From an uncultured bacterium (GTDB lineage Bacteria > JAGOEH01), in contig CAZWDO010000011.1 of the NCBI GenBank assembly GCA_964632485.1, positions 1-64,000 on the forward strand: a stretch of DNA of 64,000 nucleotides. Reading direction: 5' to 3'. Each line of letters begins with the position of its first letter. Position 1 is the stretch's first letter. The notes below the pieces were generated by a model. That model was not told the origin of the DNA. It was given only the letters and a program-made list of their open reading frames with translations, and made no database searches. A program made the translations under genes and the position numbers. Positions 1 to 9,133 of this stretch are shown one piece after another.

Positions 1-530
1 GAATACTGCTGACCCTAACGGGCTAAAAAGTGGGGAATTCATGTGGCCCCTGACATGATAATTAATAAAACGGCTGAATTGCAAGGAACACTCCTTTTTA
101 ATAAGTTACGCTGGTCATGCCTAATAATAATATGCGTTTATTTTTTTTCAAAATGTAAATTTGCAAATATAAATGATTATTTATATCGAGCGCTTACCTA
201 TCTCTGCTGATCACATCAGTATTAAATATTCTAAGCTGAATATGCATACCAATGCGTCTAGCTGAACATAGAAAAACCCATAGGGGGTGCCCTGATAAAA
301 ATTGTGCAACAATTTTTATTAGGGATGATATGGTTATATTATTCAGATCATTGAAATTTAAATATACTACTATATGTACACATAAGGAATTTTGAACAAA
401 ATAATAAGATGAAGATAATTACTGAATAATGACTCTGAAGATTAAATATTGTTTTTTTTTTATTGTAATTTTATTTTTCTCATCATTTATTCTCCTTTTT
501 TCATGTTTTTTATGTCTTTTATCTTCTTTA

Positions 531-610
531 NNNNNNNNNNNNNNNNNNNNNNNNNNNNNNNNNNNNNNNNNNNNNNNNNNNNNNNNNNNNNNNNNNNNNN
601 NNNNNNNNNN
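531..610. other. Assembly gap (80 N)
   Basis: Run of N in the sequence; linkage across it is not guaranteed. Confidence 0.99.
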
Positions 611-976
611 ATCGGTAGCTAATAATAAGCTTTTACTGTTTAGCCCCCTTGGGGGGGGCTAACGTACACTCCTTAATGGCCTCCGGCCTCTTCTCTATTA
701 GCACCTATAATACTGTTAGTGTGTTTTCAAAAAGTGGTCATCCTTCATAGTAGGAAAATAATTTCTCATTGTATTACAACGGTTTAATTTTTTATGATTT
801 TCGATCACTTGTTATTATGCAAGTATTTATGGGAAATTTAAGCCGTTAAAATCATTATTTTTATCATTTTTTTAATTAAATTGAATATTTTTAGCTAATT
901 TTAATTAAATAATTAAATTAAACGATTGAATTAAATTGATTATTTTAATCGTTTAATTATTATAGAAAGGTTTTTT

Positions 977-1207
977 ATGGCCAGATTAATAAATCAAGAA
1001 AAAGTAAGAAATAATATTATTAAAAATTACACAAATACCATTGCAGATAAATATGCAAGGTATCTTGATTCAACACCAACGTTCTGCATATATTATTCAG
1101 GCGATTTAACTAACTCTCTGTCAGATGAGACGTTACAGAATACGGTAGAAATAGTTGGTTCAGAATCCCCGAAAAAATATGCTAAAATTAAATCGTTTAC
1201 ATTATGA
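977..1207 (+). pseudogene. Truncated phage-like protein fragment (resembles the N-terminus of a conserved AR9/PBS1-type jumbo-phage protein)
   Basis: RBS-like GAAAGG upstream. The motif RYLDSTPTFCIYY...D..L......G.ESPKKY.KI.SF.L is recalled from jumbo-phage proteins. The ORF stops after 76 aa. Similarity is from memory only. Confidence 0.35.
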
Positions 1208-1350
1208 AGTGCTTCCATCTATTCGCAAGCATGAAATTTATATGCCGGAAAAGCTGAGAAAATAATGACTGACCTGGACACAATTATTAAACCTTGTTAA
1301 AAAAATTGGATTATTTAAAATGGTTGAAGAAATAAAAAAGCAAAATAAAT

Positions 1351-1899
1351 ATGGGAGCTGATGAACGAATACAATGTATTGTGTTGTCCAACAATGATTT
1401 TATTTCAGAAGCTACTACTAGTAGCTTTAGAAAAATGGCGGATCAATTTTTTGTGTTCGGTAATGGTATCAATGTGTTTGAGGGTAGTGAAATCGAGATG
1501 TTGGAATTGAACGGGCAAATTTTATTTAATCCCTACGATGTGGGAAAAGCGTTGGATATTAAAAAACAAGGTGTGCGCAAAAACTGTTTAGCGATGGATT
1601 CAACACAGTGTATCATGTTGTATAACGACGATTTTATTTTAGAAGCTACTAATAGTAGCTTCCGAAAATTGAATAATCGCGGCGAATATTCCCTCACAGA
1701 ATCCGGCGTTTATCAATTTATTCTTCAATCTTATAGGCCCGTTACCATTGTGCTTAAAAATTGGGTAACCGATGATGAGTTGCCCACCATCCGTAGAACC
1801 GGGGAATATGTGAATAATACCAATCAATTCATTCAAGCATATTTTGGTTCATTGGAAAACAGTGTCAGAGGCCACATGAATTTTATAATGTATTTTTGA
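1351..1899 (+). CDS. Bro-N (BRO family / phage antirepressor-like) domain protein, possibly decaying
   Basis: FEGSEIEMLELNGQILFNPYDVGKALDI...LTESGVYQFILQS...NWVTDDELPTIRRTGEY is the Bro-N signature. Confidence 0.8.
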   Translation: MGADERIQCIVLSNNDFISEATTSSFRKMADQFFVFGNGINVFEGSEIEMLELNGQILFNPYDVGKALDIKKQGVRKNCLAMDSTQCIMLYNDDFILEATNSSFRKLNNRGEYSLTESGVYQFILQSYRPVTIVLKNWVTDDELPTIRRTGEYVNNTNQFIQAYFGSLENSVRGHMNFIMYF

Positions 1900-2086
1900 T
1901 ATTAAAATAATGGAAAAATATCAAAAGTTCCAGTTTGATGAATGGGATTAGTATTTCAAATCAGGGGGATTTGGAATATTTCCCGAAAAATAAAATCGAC
2001 AACAATATATATTATGGTCTTACGCTCGTACCCAGAATCTTTTTCTATATTAGGAAAATAGTGTTTCTCATTCGGTCCAGGATATA

Positions 2087-4450
2087 AACAAAGAATTAAA
2101 TCAATTTAATTCGAGCCAAAATCTGTTTTGTCCAATTATTGGTGTTATTTTATTTCCAGTGAATTTTAAAAATATTAACATATCAATAACGCATTAATTT
2201 TCATTGTATAATTCCGTTTATTAATTACTGAATATAATCCGCAACCGCTGTCATAAATTAAATATAATCCGGTATTTTAAATCTAAATGCCGTCTATCGC
2301 TTCATAAATGCGGTTTATGGCTCGTTCAGAATTTTATGTATAAGGGGACAAACATAAAAAGTCAAAAATGCCTTATCATTTAAATTTAAGCGGATTTCCG
2401 CTAAATCGGATTTCCGGATGGTAATTTTAAAATGTGTGTTGAATCATTAAATTTAATTGTTAGTATTTTCGATACCATAAAAAATATTGGAGAAGAAATC
2501 GGCAAATTTTAATTTAACACATTAAATTAAAACAATTAAATTAAAACACATAAATATTAAATCGATAACATACAATTAAATTTTGTCTTTTTCGTCTTCG
2601 TCTTAATATTCGTGGAATCGCATGTTATTAATGGTAACCAGGCATTAAATTTATTATTAACGTTATATTTTAATTTTATCGATAAATGGATTGAGTGTCT
2701 TCTCTTTAAATTTATACTTTTTATTTCTGACTACAACATATATATACACGAATAAAAATCAATTCCATCCGTTTTCGTCAGGGTCTCTAATATTCCTCAG
2801 CATAGATTTCATTGCCTGATTAAATACGAAAATTGGAGTGGATTATTAATAATGATTCAAAATATTCAAATTCATTCAAAATCGCTGAATTTTGATACTG
2901 AAAATATCAACAGTATTATTTAAGTATCCGGTATCGTTATATGCCAATTAATGAATAAGATTATTTTAAAACCCATATTTATTCATTATATATAAGGCTG
3001 TACGTTGATAGACGCCCATGAAAGAGCATATTCAGTTATCACCCCTGTTAATCGGGATTATTATATTTTCGATTTTTATTATTATGAATTTTTACATTGC
3101 CATAATCAGATACTAATAATATTTTTCGCTAACAATATATTATTGGTTATTCAAACCACAAATTTTGCATATTGGATTAAATGCCGATAAACACTCAGGA
3201 ATATAGCGACCTTGGAATATTAATTTTTCAGCTCAATAAATGCGAAAATTGATTAATGTAAAATGGAAATATTTATTTTCGGTAACATATATATAATGGA
3301 TTACAAGATCAGTATTTTATAAATTCAATTCTGAATATCTAAAATAAAAGAAGAAAATACGATGTTTTAAATTAATTTAAATTGGTAAAAGTAATTTATA
3401 ATTGAATTTTTAAATATTCAACAGTTCGAATATAATAGCTGCCGAAAGGATTATTTTTTATTTATCGATAACAGCAATATTAATGATAATAACCTCCAAT
3501 TATTTCGGCGCATCGACTAAACGTCCGTAAACACGAGGTTCGAGGAATATTTTTGAATTAAATCGGAGAATATTTAATAATCGAATTTCCCGGAATTAAA
3601 TGTTGAATTAATTTATCTAGAATCGATTTTATTTTTTTAATTTTATCATAACAGAATAATAATCATCGATGCCTTTCAGTATTGAATATGTCATAAACGT
3701 TGATGGAGACTGAATCTATGATTCTGTTCAGCATGTTATATAGGTCTGGAATTAGGATTTATTATAGCGTGAGAATTAGTAATTAATTAAAATAATACAT
3801 TTATAAAATTACTTTTTAATTTTGCTATAACAATACATTAATATTCAACAATCGCAAATGCTATATTGTGGTTCGAGCCGTCACGCTCAATATTGATTTG
3901 GTTTTATGCTGTTGGAGATTAAAAAAATAATGAAATCAAATTTAAATTGTCAATTCCAGCTCGCTGATCATTTTTGTAAATTGCCATAACACTATATTAA
4001 GCGACGTCCATAATGGCGGCTATTTCCAGTATCGATATTTTACCCCGGTACGGACGCACGCCATTATCGGGGAAAATAATTTTTTCACAGTCTGGCCTGT
4101 CCTGTACATTTTTTCAAATTCCAATAAACATATTATTAATGAATAAGGCCTGATATGCGCTCATTGACCAGGGAAACGAGAATAAATAATCGGGTTCAGC
4201 GAATATTTTCATCGTTAATGGTTGAAGCTTTTCAAAAATATATCAATTTTTTCTCTGAAAAAACTAACAAGATATTAAGAAGTGGAAGCCATGGGGTAAA
4301 TATGCCCGGAAAATAACATGGCCTTGTCCATTTTTTTTTCAACCCATGAACAATATAATAATGATAGGAGGCTCGCTTATGTTATAGCGATTTAATTTCT
4401 AACTGTTTTTGTTTTCCGTTAAAGGGTCGCCCGCTAGCTGGGGCCCTGTC
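2087..4450 (+). repeat. Degenerate tandem array of T-run + AACA-N6-TA motifs with unique hairpin-containing spacers
   Basis: Exact motif at 2087, 2177, 2545, 2567, 2735, 3131, 3284, 3650, 3829, 3988, 4127, 4266, 4349; near matches at 2909 and 3470; only one match seen on the - strand. Confidence 0.65.
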
Positions 4451-4492
4451 TTGATGAAGTGAACAATCGTAAACGAAAAGGTACTGATAACC

Positions 4493-4726
4493 ATGAAAAA
4501 ACTTGTCGATCAATACAGCCAGGATGTCGATCTGGTGACCACCTCCGAGCTGTCGCGCATGTTTAAAATCTCCAGGTCGAAAATCTATGAGCTGATCGAG
4601 GAGCATCAAATCCCGACCTTCCGCATCGGGAAGAAAATCATGCTCAACGCAAGCGATTGGACGTCGCGCGTTTTTGGCGGACAATATCAAATCAAGGAGG
4701 ATAATGACGAAATAACAGATTCATAA
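4493..4726 (+). CDS. Excisionase-family (HTH_17/AlpA-like) DNA-binding protein
   Basis: LVTTSELSRMFKISRSKIYELIEEHQIPTFRIGKKI is a winged-HTH excisionase pattern. Confidence 0.85.
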   Translation: MKKLVDQYSQDVDLVTTSELSRMFKISRSKIYELIEEHQIPTFRIGKKIMLNASDWTSRVFGGQYQIKEDNDEITDS

Positions 4727-4912
4727 TTTAGTTCCAGTATATTTCGAATATACAGAGTCTTTTTTTCAATTTAATATCTTTTTTCGTGAAACGATGAATA
4801 TCTAGATTATCCATCGCTTTAATTATTGGTTGGCGGGATGCTCGTCGGTAACCCTTCCGAGAAATCATCCCACCAACACAAATTAAAATGGAGAAATATA
4901 TATTAAAACAAT

Positions 4913-5315
4913 TGTTCGCGCGCGAACATTTTTTTTTAAATATTCTATCTCTATATTATTTATGTCATTACCGGTATTTTAAAAAGGTTAAAAAATGTTT
5001 TGCAATAAAAATAGGTAACTCATTGATAATGAATCGGTAATGAACCTCTATCCCGTTAAAAGTTAAAAAAGTTAAAAATGTTTGTATAATAGCCTCATAT
5101 ATTATCCATATTGAATTCTCATCTAAAATATATTAGAAGTTTCTTAATTTTTTAACTGAATCTGTATTAAGCTATTGGTTTTCAATGGGTAATCGATCTA
5201 TTTCGAACCAAAGTTTTTTTAACCATTTTTAACCTTTTCATCTATGAAAAATCCCCTTGAACGTAGTATTGATCGATGATTGAAGCAATATCACGCTCTC
5301 GTGAGATTTTTAACC
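4913..5315. other. Putative replication origin of the element (iterons plus palindrome)
   Basis: Perfect 16-bp palindrome TGTTCGCGCGCGAACA (4913-4928). GTTAAAA repeats at 4987, 5055, 5062, 5071 face inverted TTTTAAC copies near 5150, 5217, 5227, 5308. Lies directly upstream of the primase-helicase. Confidence 0.5.
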
Positions 5316-5367
5316 CGTTTTTTAAAAAAAACAACAATAACGTTAACCTTAAAAAGGATTAACACAC

Positions 5368-7632
5368 ATGAAATCAATATACCAACATGAGGCCATGACG
5401 CTGTTCGACCTTGGCCTGAAGCCGATTCCCTTGAATGGGAAAATCCCCTTCATTAGCGGATGGCAAACCATGGAGATTACAGCGGATGATGTGGAAACAT
5501 GGTCCACACAGTATCCCGATTGCAACATCGGTATTGTCTGCGGTCCATCCAGCGGCATTTTAGTCGTGGATTTTGACGATCCCGATGAAATGGCGCGTCT
5601 GAATACCGAAACCGGCATCAATCTGGATATCGTGACGCCGACTTGCATCACCAAGAAGGGTCTCCATAAATATTTCAAGTATCCGGCAATTGGAGCCACG
5701 TTTGGCAATCGCACCCATCTGAATGTGCAGGGCATCAAATTCAAGATTGATATTCGGGCGACTGGCGGCCAGGTGGTCGCGCCGCCCAGCATTCACCCCG
5801 AGGATACCACATTCCAGTATCATTGGGCGGAGGGGCTGGCATTCGGAGAGGTTCCGCTACAGGATTTACCAGATATGTTTATCGATGTATTGACGCAACC
5901 CTCGAAGCCGAAAATCACGAAGAAGAATAAAAAATCCACCGCTACCGCTACAGCGGCGACTTTACCGGCGCTTGATCCGCTTCCATCGTCACCCGTGGCC
6001 ATTGAGCCTATAGAGGCTACGACACAGGCAGTCGATTCACTTCCATCGATACCAGCGGAGGCCATCACACCCATGGCACCCTCGTCGCCCGCGATCGCCG
6101 ACGAAATTCCCGAAGGCGAACGCAACGATACACTCTTTCGCATGGCCTGCGCCTACCGCAACAAGGGATTGTCCAGCGAAGAAGCGCGAAATCTGATCGC
6201 TGCTGTCAATCAAACCCGCTGCCGCATTCCCTTGAATGACGAGGAATTGGACAAGGTGATGGGAAGCGCGTTTTCCTATGTGCATGAACATTTTGAGATG
6301 AGCGACCGCGGCTTCGCGCAAAAAGTCCTTGAGCAGTGTGGAAATCAGATTAAATATTGCATCGAGGACCATCATTGGTATATATGGAACGGCTTCATCT
6401 GGAGCCAGGACGCCAATGGGGAAATCAAGCGCATGGCAGACAGGGTGGCGGACCTGTTGAAAGCTAGCATCCAGGCGATGCCGGACAGCGATCCCATGAA
6501 AAAACCGTATCTCAAATATATTGCCGCAATGGGCAATACCCGAAAACGGGAAGATATGCTGCATTATTTGCAGTCATTACCCGGAGTCAGCGTTTCCAAC
6601 TCTCATTTTGATAAACGCAGTCATCTCTTGAATTGCCGCAATGGCGTCATCAATCTCCGTAGCGGCGAGTTGCTGGAATCGAACCCGGACTGGCTGTTGA
6701 CCCGGCAGATTGAAATCGAATACGATCCGACGGCGGCATGTCCGGTCTGGCTGGAATTTATGAAAACGATCACCCACGACGATATGGAGTTGATTGGGTA
6801 TTTGCAACGGGCCGCCGGATACTCCATAACCGGCGAGACGAACGAAGAAGTGGTGTTTTTTCTCTATGGCACGGGCTGCAATGGAAAATCGACCTTCATC
6901 AATGCGATCAATTCCGTATTGGGAAAATTCGCCAGGACCATGCCGTCAAAAACGCTGATGATAGTTCAAAACGATAACACAGCATCAAATGACATCGCCA
7001 TGCTCAAGGGCGTGCGCTTGGCGGCCACCACGGAACTGCCGGAAGGCAAGCGCTTCAATGAAGAATTGATCAAATCGCTGGCGTCGCAGGATATCATTTC
7101 CGCCCGCTATTTGTTCAAGGAATACTTTGAATTCAGCCCGACGCACAAATGGTGGATTTCCGGCAACCACAAACCCAAGATTGTCGGCCAGGACTACGGC
7201 ATCTGGCGCCGGTTGAAGCTAATCCCGTTTGAAATCACCATTTCTCCGGAAAAGCAAGACAAGAACCTCAAGGAAAAGCTGGAAGCCGAACTCCCGGGCA
7301 TCCTGCGCTGGATGGTCGAAGGCGCCGTTGAATGGTACCGCAATGGCTTGCGGGAACCGGCGAAAATCTCCGAAGCCGTTAAAGAATACCGCAATGAAAT
7401 GGATATTCTCGGCAATTTCATCGCGGAATGCTGCCAGACGGACTCCGACGCCATGATTCCGGTGAACAATCTTTACAATTTGTACAAGCAGTACTGCGAG
7501 ACGAACGGCCAAAGCACATTGGGCAAAAAGATGTTCAATTTGAAGATGGTGGAACGCGGATTCAAGAAAGATTTCGGAGCCAAAAACCAGGTTTGCTTGT
7601 TTGGCATCAAGGCGGCCGCTTCGCAAAAATAA
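5368..7632 (+). CDS. Bifunctional primase/polymerase (Prim-Pol) + PriCT + D5/P4-family SF3 helicase
   Basis: NIGIVCG..SGILVVDFD, GLHKYF, DIRATGGQVVAPPSIH (PrimPol); EGERNDTLF (PriCT); LLNCRNGVINL (D5_N); Walker A GTGCNGKS; WRRLKLIPF. Confidence 0.93.
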   Translation: MKSIYQHEAMTLFDLGLKPIPLNGKIPFISGWQTMEITADDVETWSTQYPDCNIGIVCGPSSGILVVDFDDPDEMARLNTETGINLDIVTPTCITKKGLHKYFKYPAIGATFGNRTHLNVQGIKFKIDIRATGGQVVAPPSIHPEDTTFQYHWAEGLAFGEVPLQDLPDMFIDVLTQPSKPKITKKNKKSTATATAATLPALDPLPSSPVAIEPIEATTQAVDSLPSIPAEAITPMAPSSPAIADEIPEGERNDTLFRMACAYRNKGLSSEEARNLIAAVNQTRCRIPLNDEELDKVMGSAFSYVHEHFEMSDRGFAQKVLEQCGNQIKYCIEDHHWYIWNGFIWSQDANGEIKRMADRVADLLKASIQAMPDSDPMKKPYLKYIAAMGNTRKREDMLHYLQSLPGVSVSNSHFDKRSHLLNCRNGVINLRSGELLESNPDWLLTRQIEIEYDPTAACPVWLEFMKTITHDDMELIGYLQRAAGYSITGETNEEVVFFLYGTGCNGKSTFINAINSVLGKFARTMPSKTLMIVQNDNTASNDIAMLKGVRLAATTELPEGKRFNEELIKSLASQDIISARYLFKEYFEFSPTHKWWISGNHKPKIVGQDYGIWRRLKLIPFEITISPEKQDKNLKEKLEAELPGILRWMVEGAVEWYRNGLREPAKISEAVKEYRNEMDILGNFIAECCQTDSDAMIPVNNLYNLYKQYCETNGQSTLGKKMFNLKMVERGFKKDFGAKNQVCLFGIKAAASQK

Positions 7633-7823
7633 TCCACCCGTGGCGGTGGAATGTAGGCATAGTTGACACCCATCACATCTTATCCTCAGCCAGGAGGCAC
7701 CTATGATCCGGGCTCCATAGCACGGAACTACTCCGTTTTGCTTCCGTTTTGTATTATCGGCACCTCGATGCGTAGAGACCGATAAAATTCAAAATTATTG
7801 CCATTTAAAAAAAGGATAATCAT

Positions 7824-8366
7824 ATGTATTATTTAGTCACCGATTATGCGCCCTGGATGATCCACAGGGAGCAATATTTGACAGTCTCGTTGATGACGTT
7901 GGATCAAATCACGTTTGCTGATGACTGCATCTTTGGATCGAAAATCGATTTCATGGAAATTTATGGAATGTTTATGGGCAATTGGATTATCGAAGACTCA
8001 CGCCCCAATTTTCGGCGAATTGTGGCTCCCCGTTTCCGTCCGCCACGGGGCAGGTATAATGATTTCTATGAACCCCAATCAGATTCGAAAATTCATGGAG
8101 AAATTGCGAAAGGGTCTAAGATTATCAGCGAATATCACGATCTTCCCATCGCGATAAACCTGACGCATAACCAAAGCCTATATGAAATTTCCGTTACCGT
8201 GGGTCTAAACACACCTGAGACCTTTCGTGTCGAACTGGTTATCCCCAAGGAATATTGGGTAAACTTCACAACTTATGACTATTGTAATTACATTCGGCTT
8301 GAAACGCATTCCACCTTATTATATGATGCTCCTGAAGAAACGAAGAAAAAGCCAAGCGATATTTAA
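7824..8366 (+). CDS. Hypothetical protein (element cargo)
   Basis: 180-aa ORF with AAGGA RBS between the replication and integration genes; no recognised motif. Confidence 0.6.
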   Translation: MYYLVTDYAPWMIHREQYLTVSLMTLDQITFADDCIFGSKIDFMEIYGMFMGNWIIEDSRPNFRRIVAPRFRPPRGRYNDFYEPQSDSKIHGEIAKGSKIISEYHDLPIAINLTHNQSLYEISVTVGLNTPETFRVELVIPKEYWVNFTTYDYCNYIRLETHSTLLYDAPEETKKKPSDI

Positions 8367-8632
8367 GGGTGAACCGCATCTATCGTATTCGTCAATTTTA
8401 AAAACCTATTATCATTAAATTATTTTAGATCGGAGAAATCCCATGTCCCTGATTCGGGCGCCGTAATGATACCGGCATGATTGAGCTAAACTCAGGGAAG
8501 GGTCAACACCATCATTATCAACATATAAATCCATTATAAACAAATATAGACCCTGAACCCGGAATGGCGAGAAACCATTCACCACTGTGTTATGAACGAT
8601 AGATTCCCAATCCCTATATACAAGGAAGCGAT

Positions 8633-8941
8633 ATGAAGAAGACCCTTCAAGAACGGATCGATGACTATCAGGCCAGAAAGGCCAATCCCAAGCGGAAATC
8701 CCAGAAAAAAACGGTGAAACCGGCTCAACCCGCGACCGGTGAAAACGCTTCAAACCTTGATAAAATGTATACAGTCAAGCAAGTCAAGAACTTGTTGCAC
8801 ATGTCCGACGAAACCGTGTATAAGCAGATTAGATCGGGAGAACTGGGTTATATTAAGATAAGTGAGAGACGGTATATAATCTCCGAATCCGATTTGAAGG
8901 AATACCTGGATGCTCATCGACACCATGCTATTGTCGCGTAG
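8633..8941 (+). CDS. Excisionase-family HTH_17 DNA-binding protein
   Basis: MYTVKQVKNLLHMSDETVYKQIRSGELGYIKISERRYIISESDLKEYL; AAGGA RBS. Confidence 0.88.
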   Translation: MKKTLQERIDDYQARKANPKRKSQKKTVKPAQPATGENASNLDKMYTVKQVKNLLHMSDETVYKQIRSGELGYIKISERRYIISESDLKEYLDAHRHHAIVA

Positions 8942-8952
8942 CTTTAGCTGGA

Positions 8953-8990
8953 GAAGGGATGGCTGGCTTCCATCCCTTCCCGTTTCGTTT
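8953..8990 (+). terminator. Rho-independent terminator after the excisionase
   Basis: GAAGGGATGG/CCATCCCTTC stem followed by a T-rich tract. Confidence 0.6.
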
Positions 8991-9009
8991 AATTTCAATA
9001 ACAATTGGC

Positions 9010-9038
9010 TTGACAATTCAACCAAAACCGCCTATAAT
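9010..9038 (+). promoter_or_regulatory. Consensus sigma70 promoter of the integrase
   Basis: TTGACA-17 bp-TATAAT, a perfect consensus. Confidence 0.8.
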
Positions 9039-9133
9039 ATAGATGAATGTCCACCCGGAGGGATTTACGGTCCCGCCGGTCGGAGCGGTCTGACACATTC
9101 CTTTACATAGGTGAAATGGAAAGGCTCCTTATT

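Noticed and set aside
429-662. 77-aa ORF
   Set aside because: Spans the N gap and is low-complexity T-rich sequence
1372-1671. Bro-N repeat pair as a DGR template/variable repeat
   Set aside because: Mismatches are not confined to adenines of one copy (T/C and C/T changes occur) and no reverse transcriptase is present in the window
3005-3190. 61-aa ORF in the AT-rich tract
   Set aside because: TTG start, no RBS, no motif, and it crosses array units; probably spurious
1900-4450. CRISPR array
   Set aside because: No near-identical 23-47 bp repeats, the units are too long and variable, and there are no cas genes; reported instead as a degenerate motif array
5349-7706. Numerous antisense and alternate-frame ORFs over the primase-helicase
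   Set aside because: Expected shadow ORFs of a GC-richer gene; no motifs or RBS support
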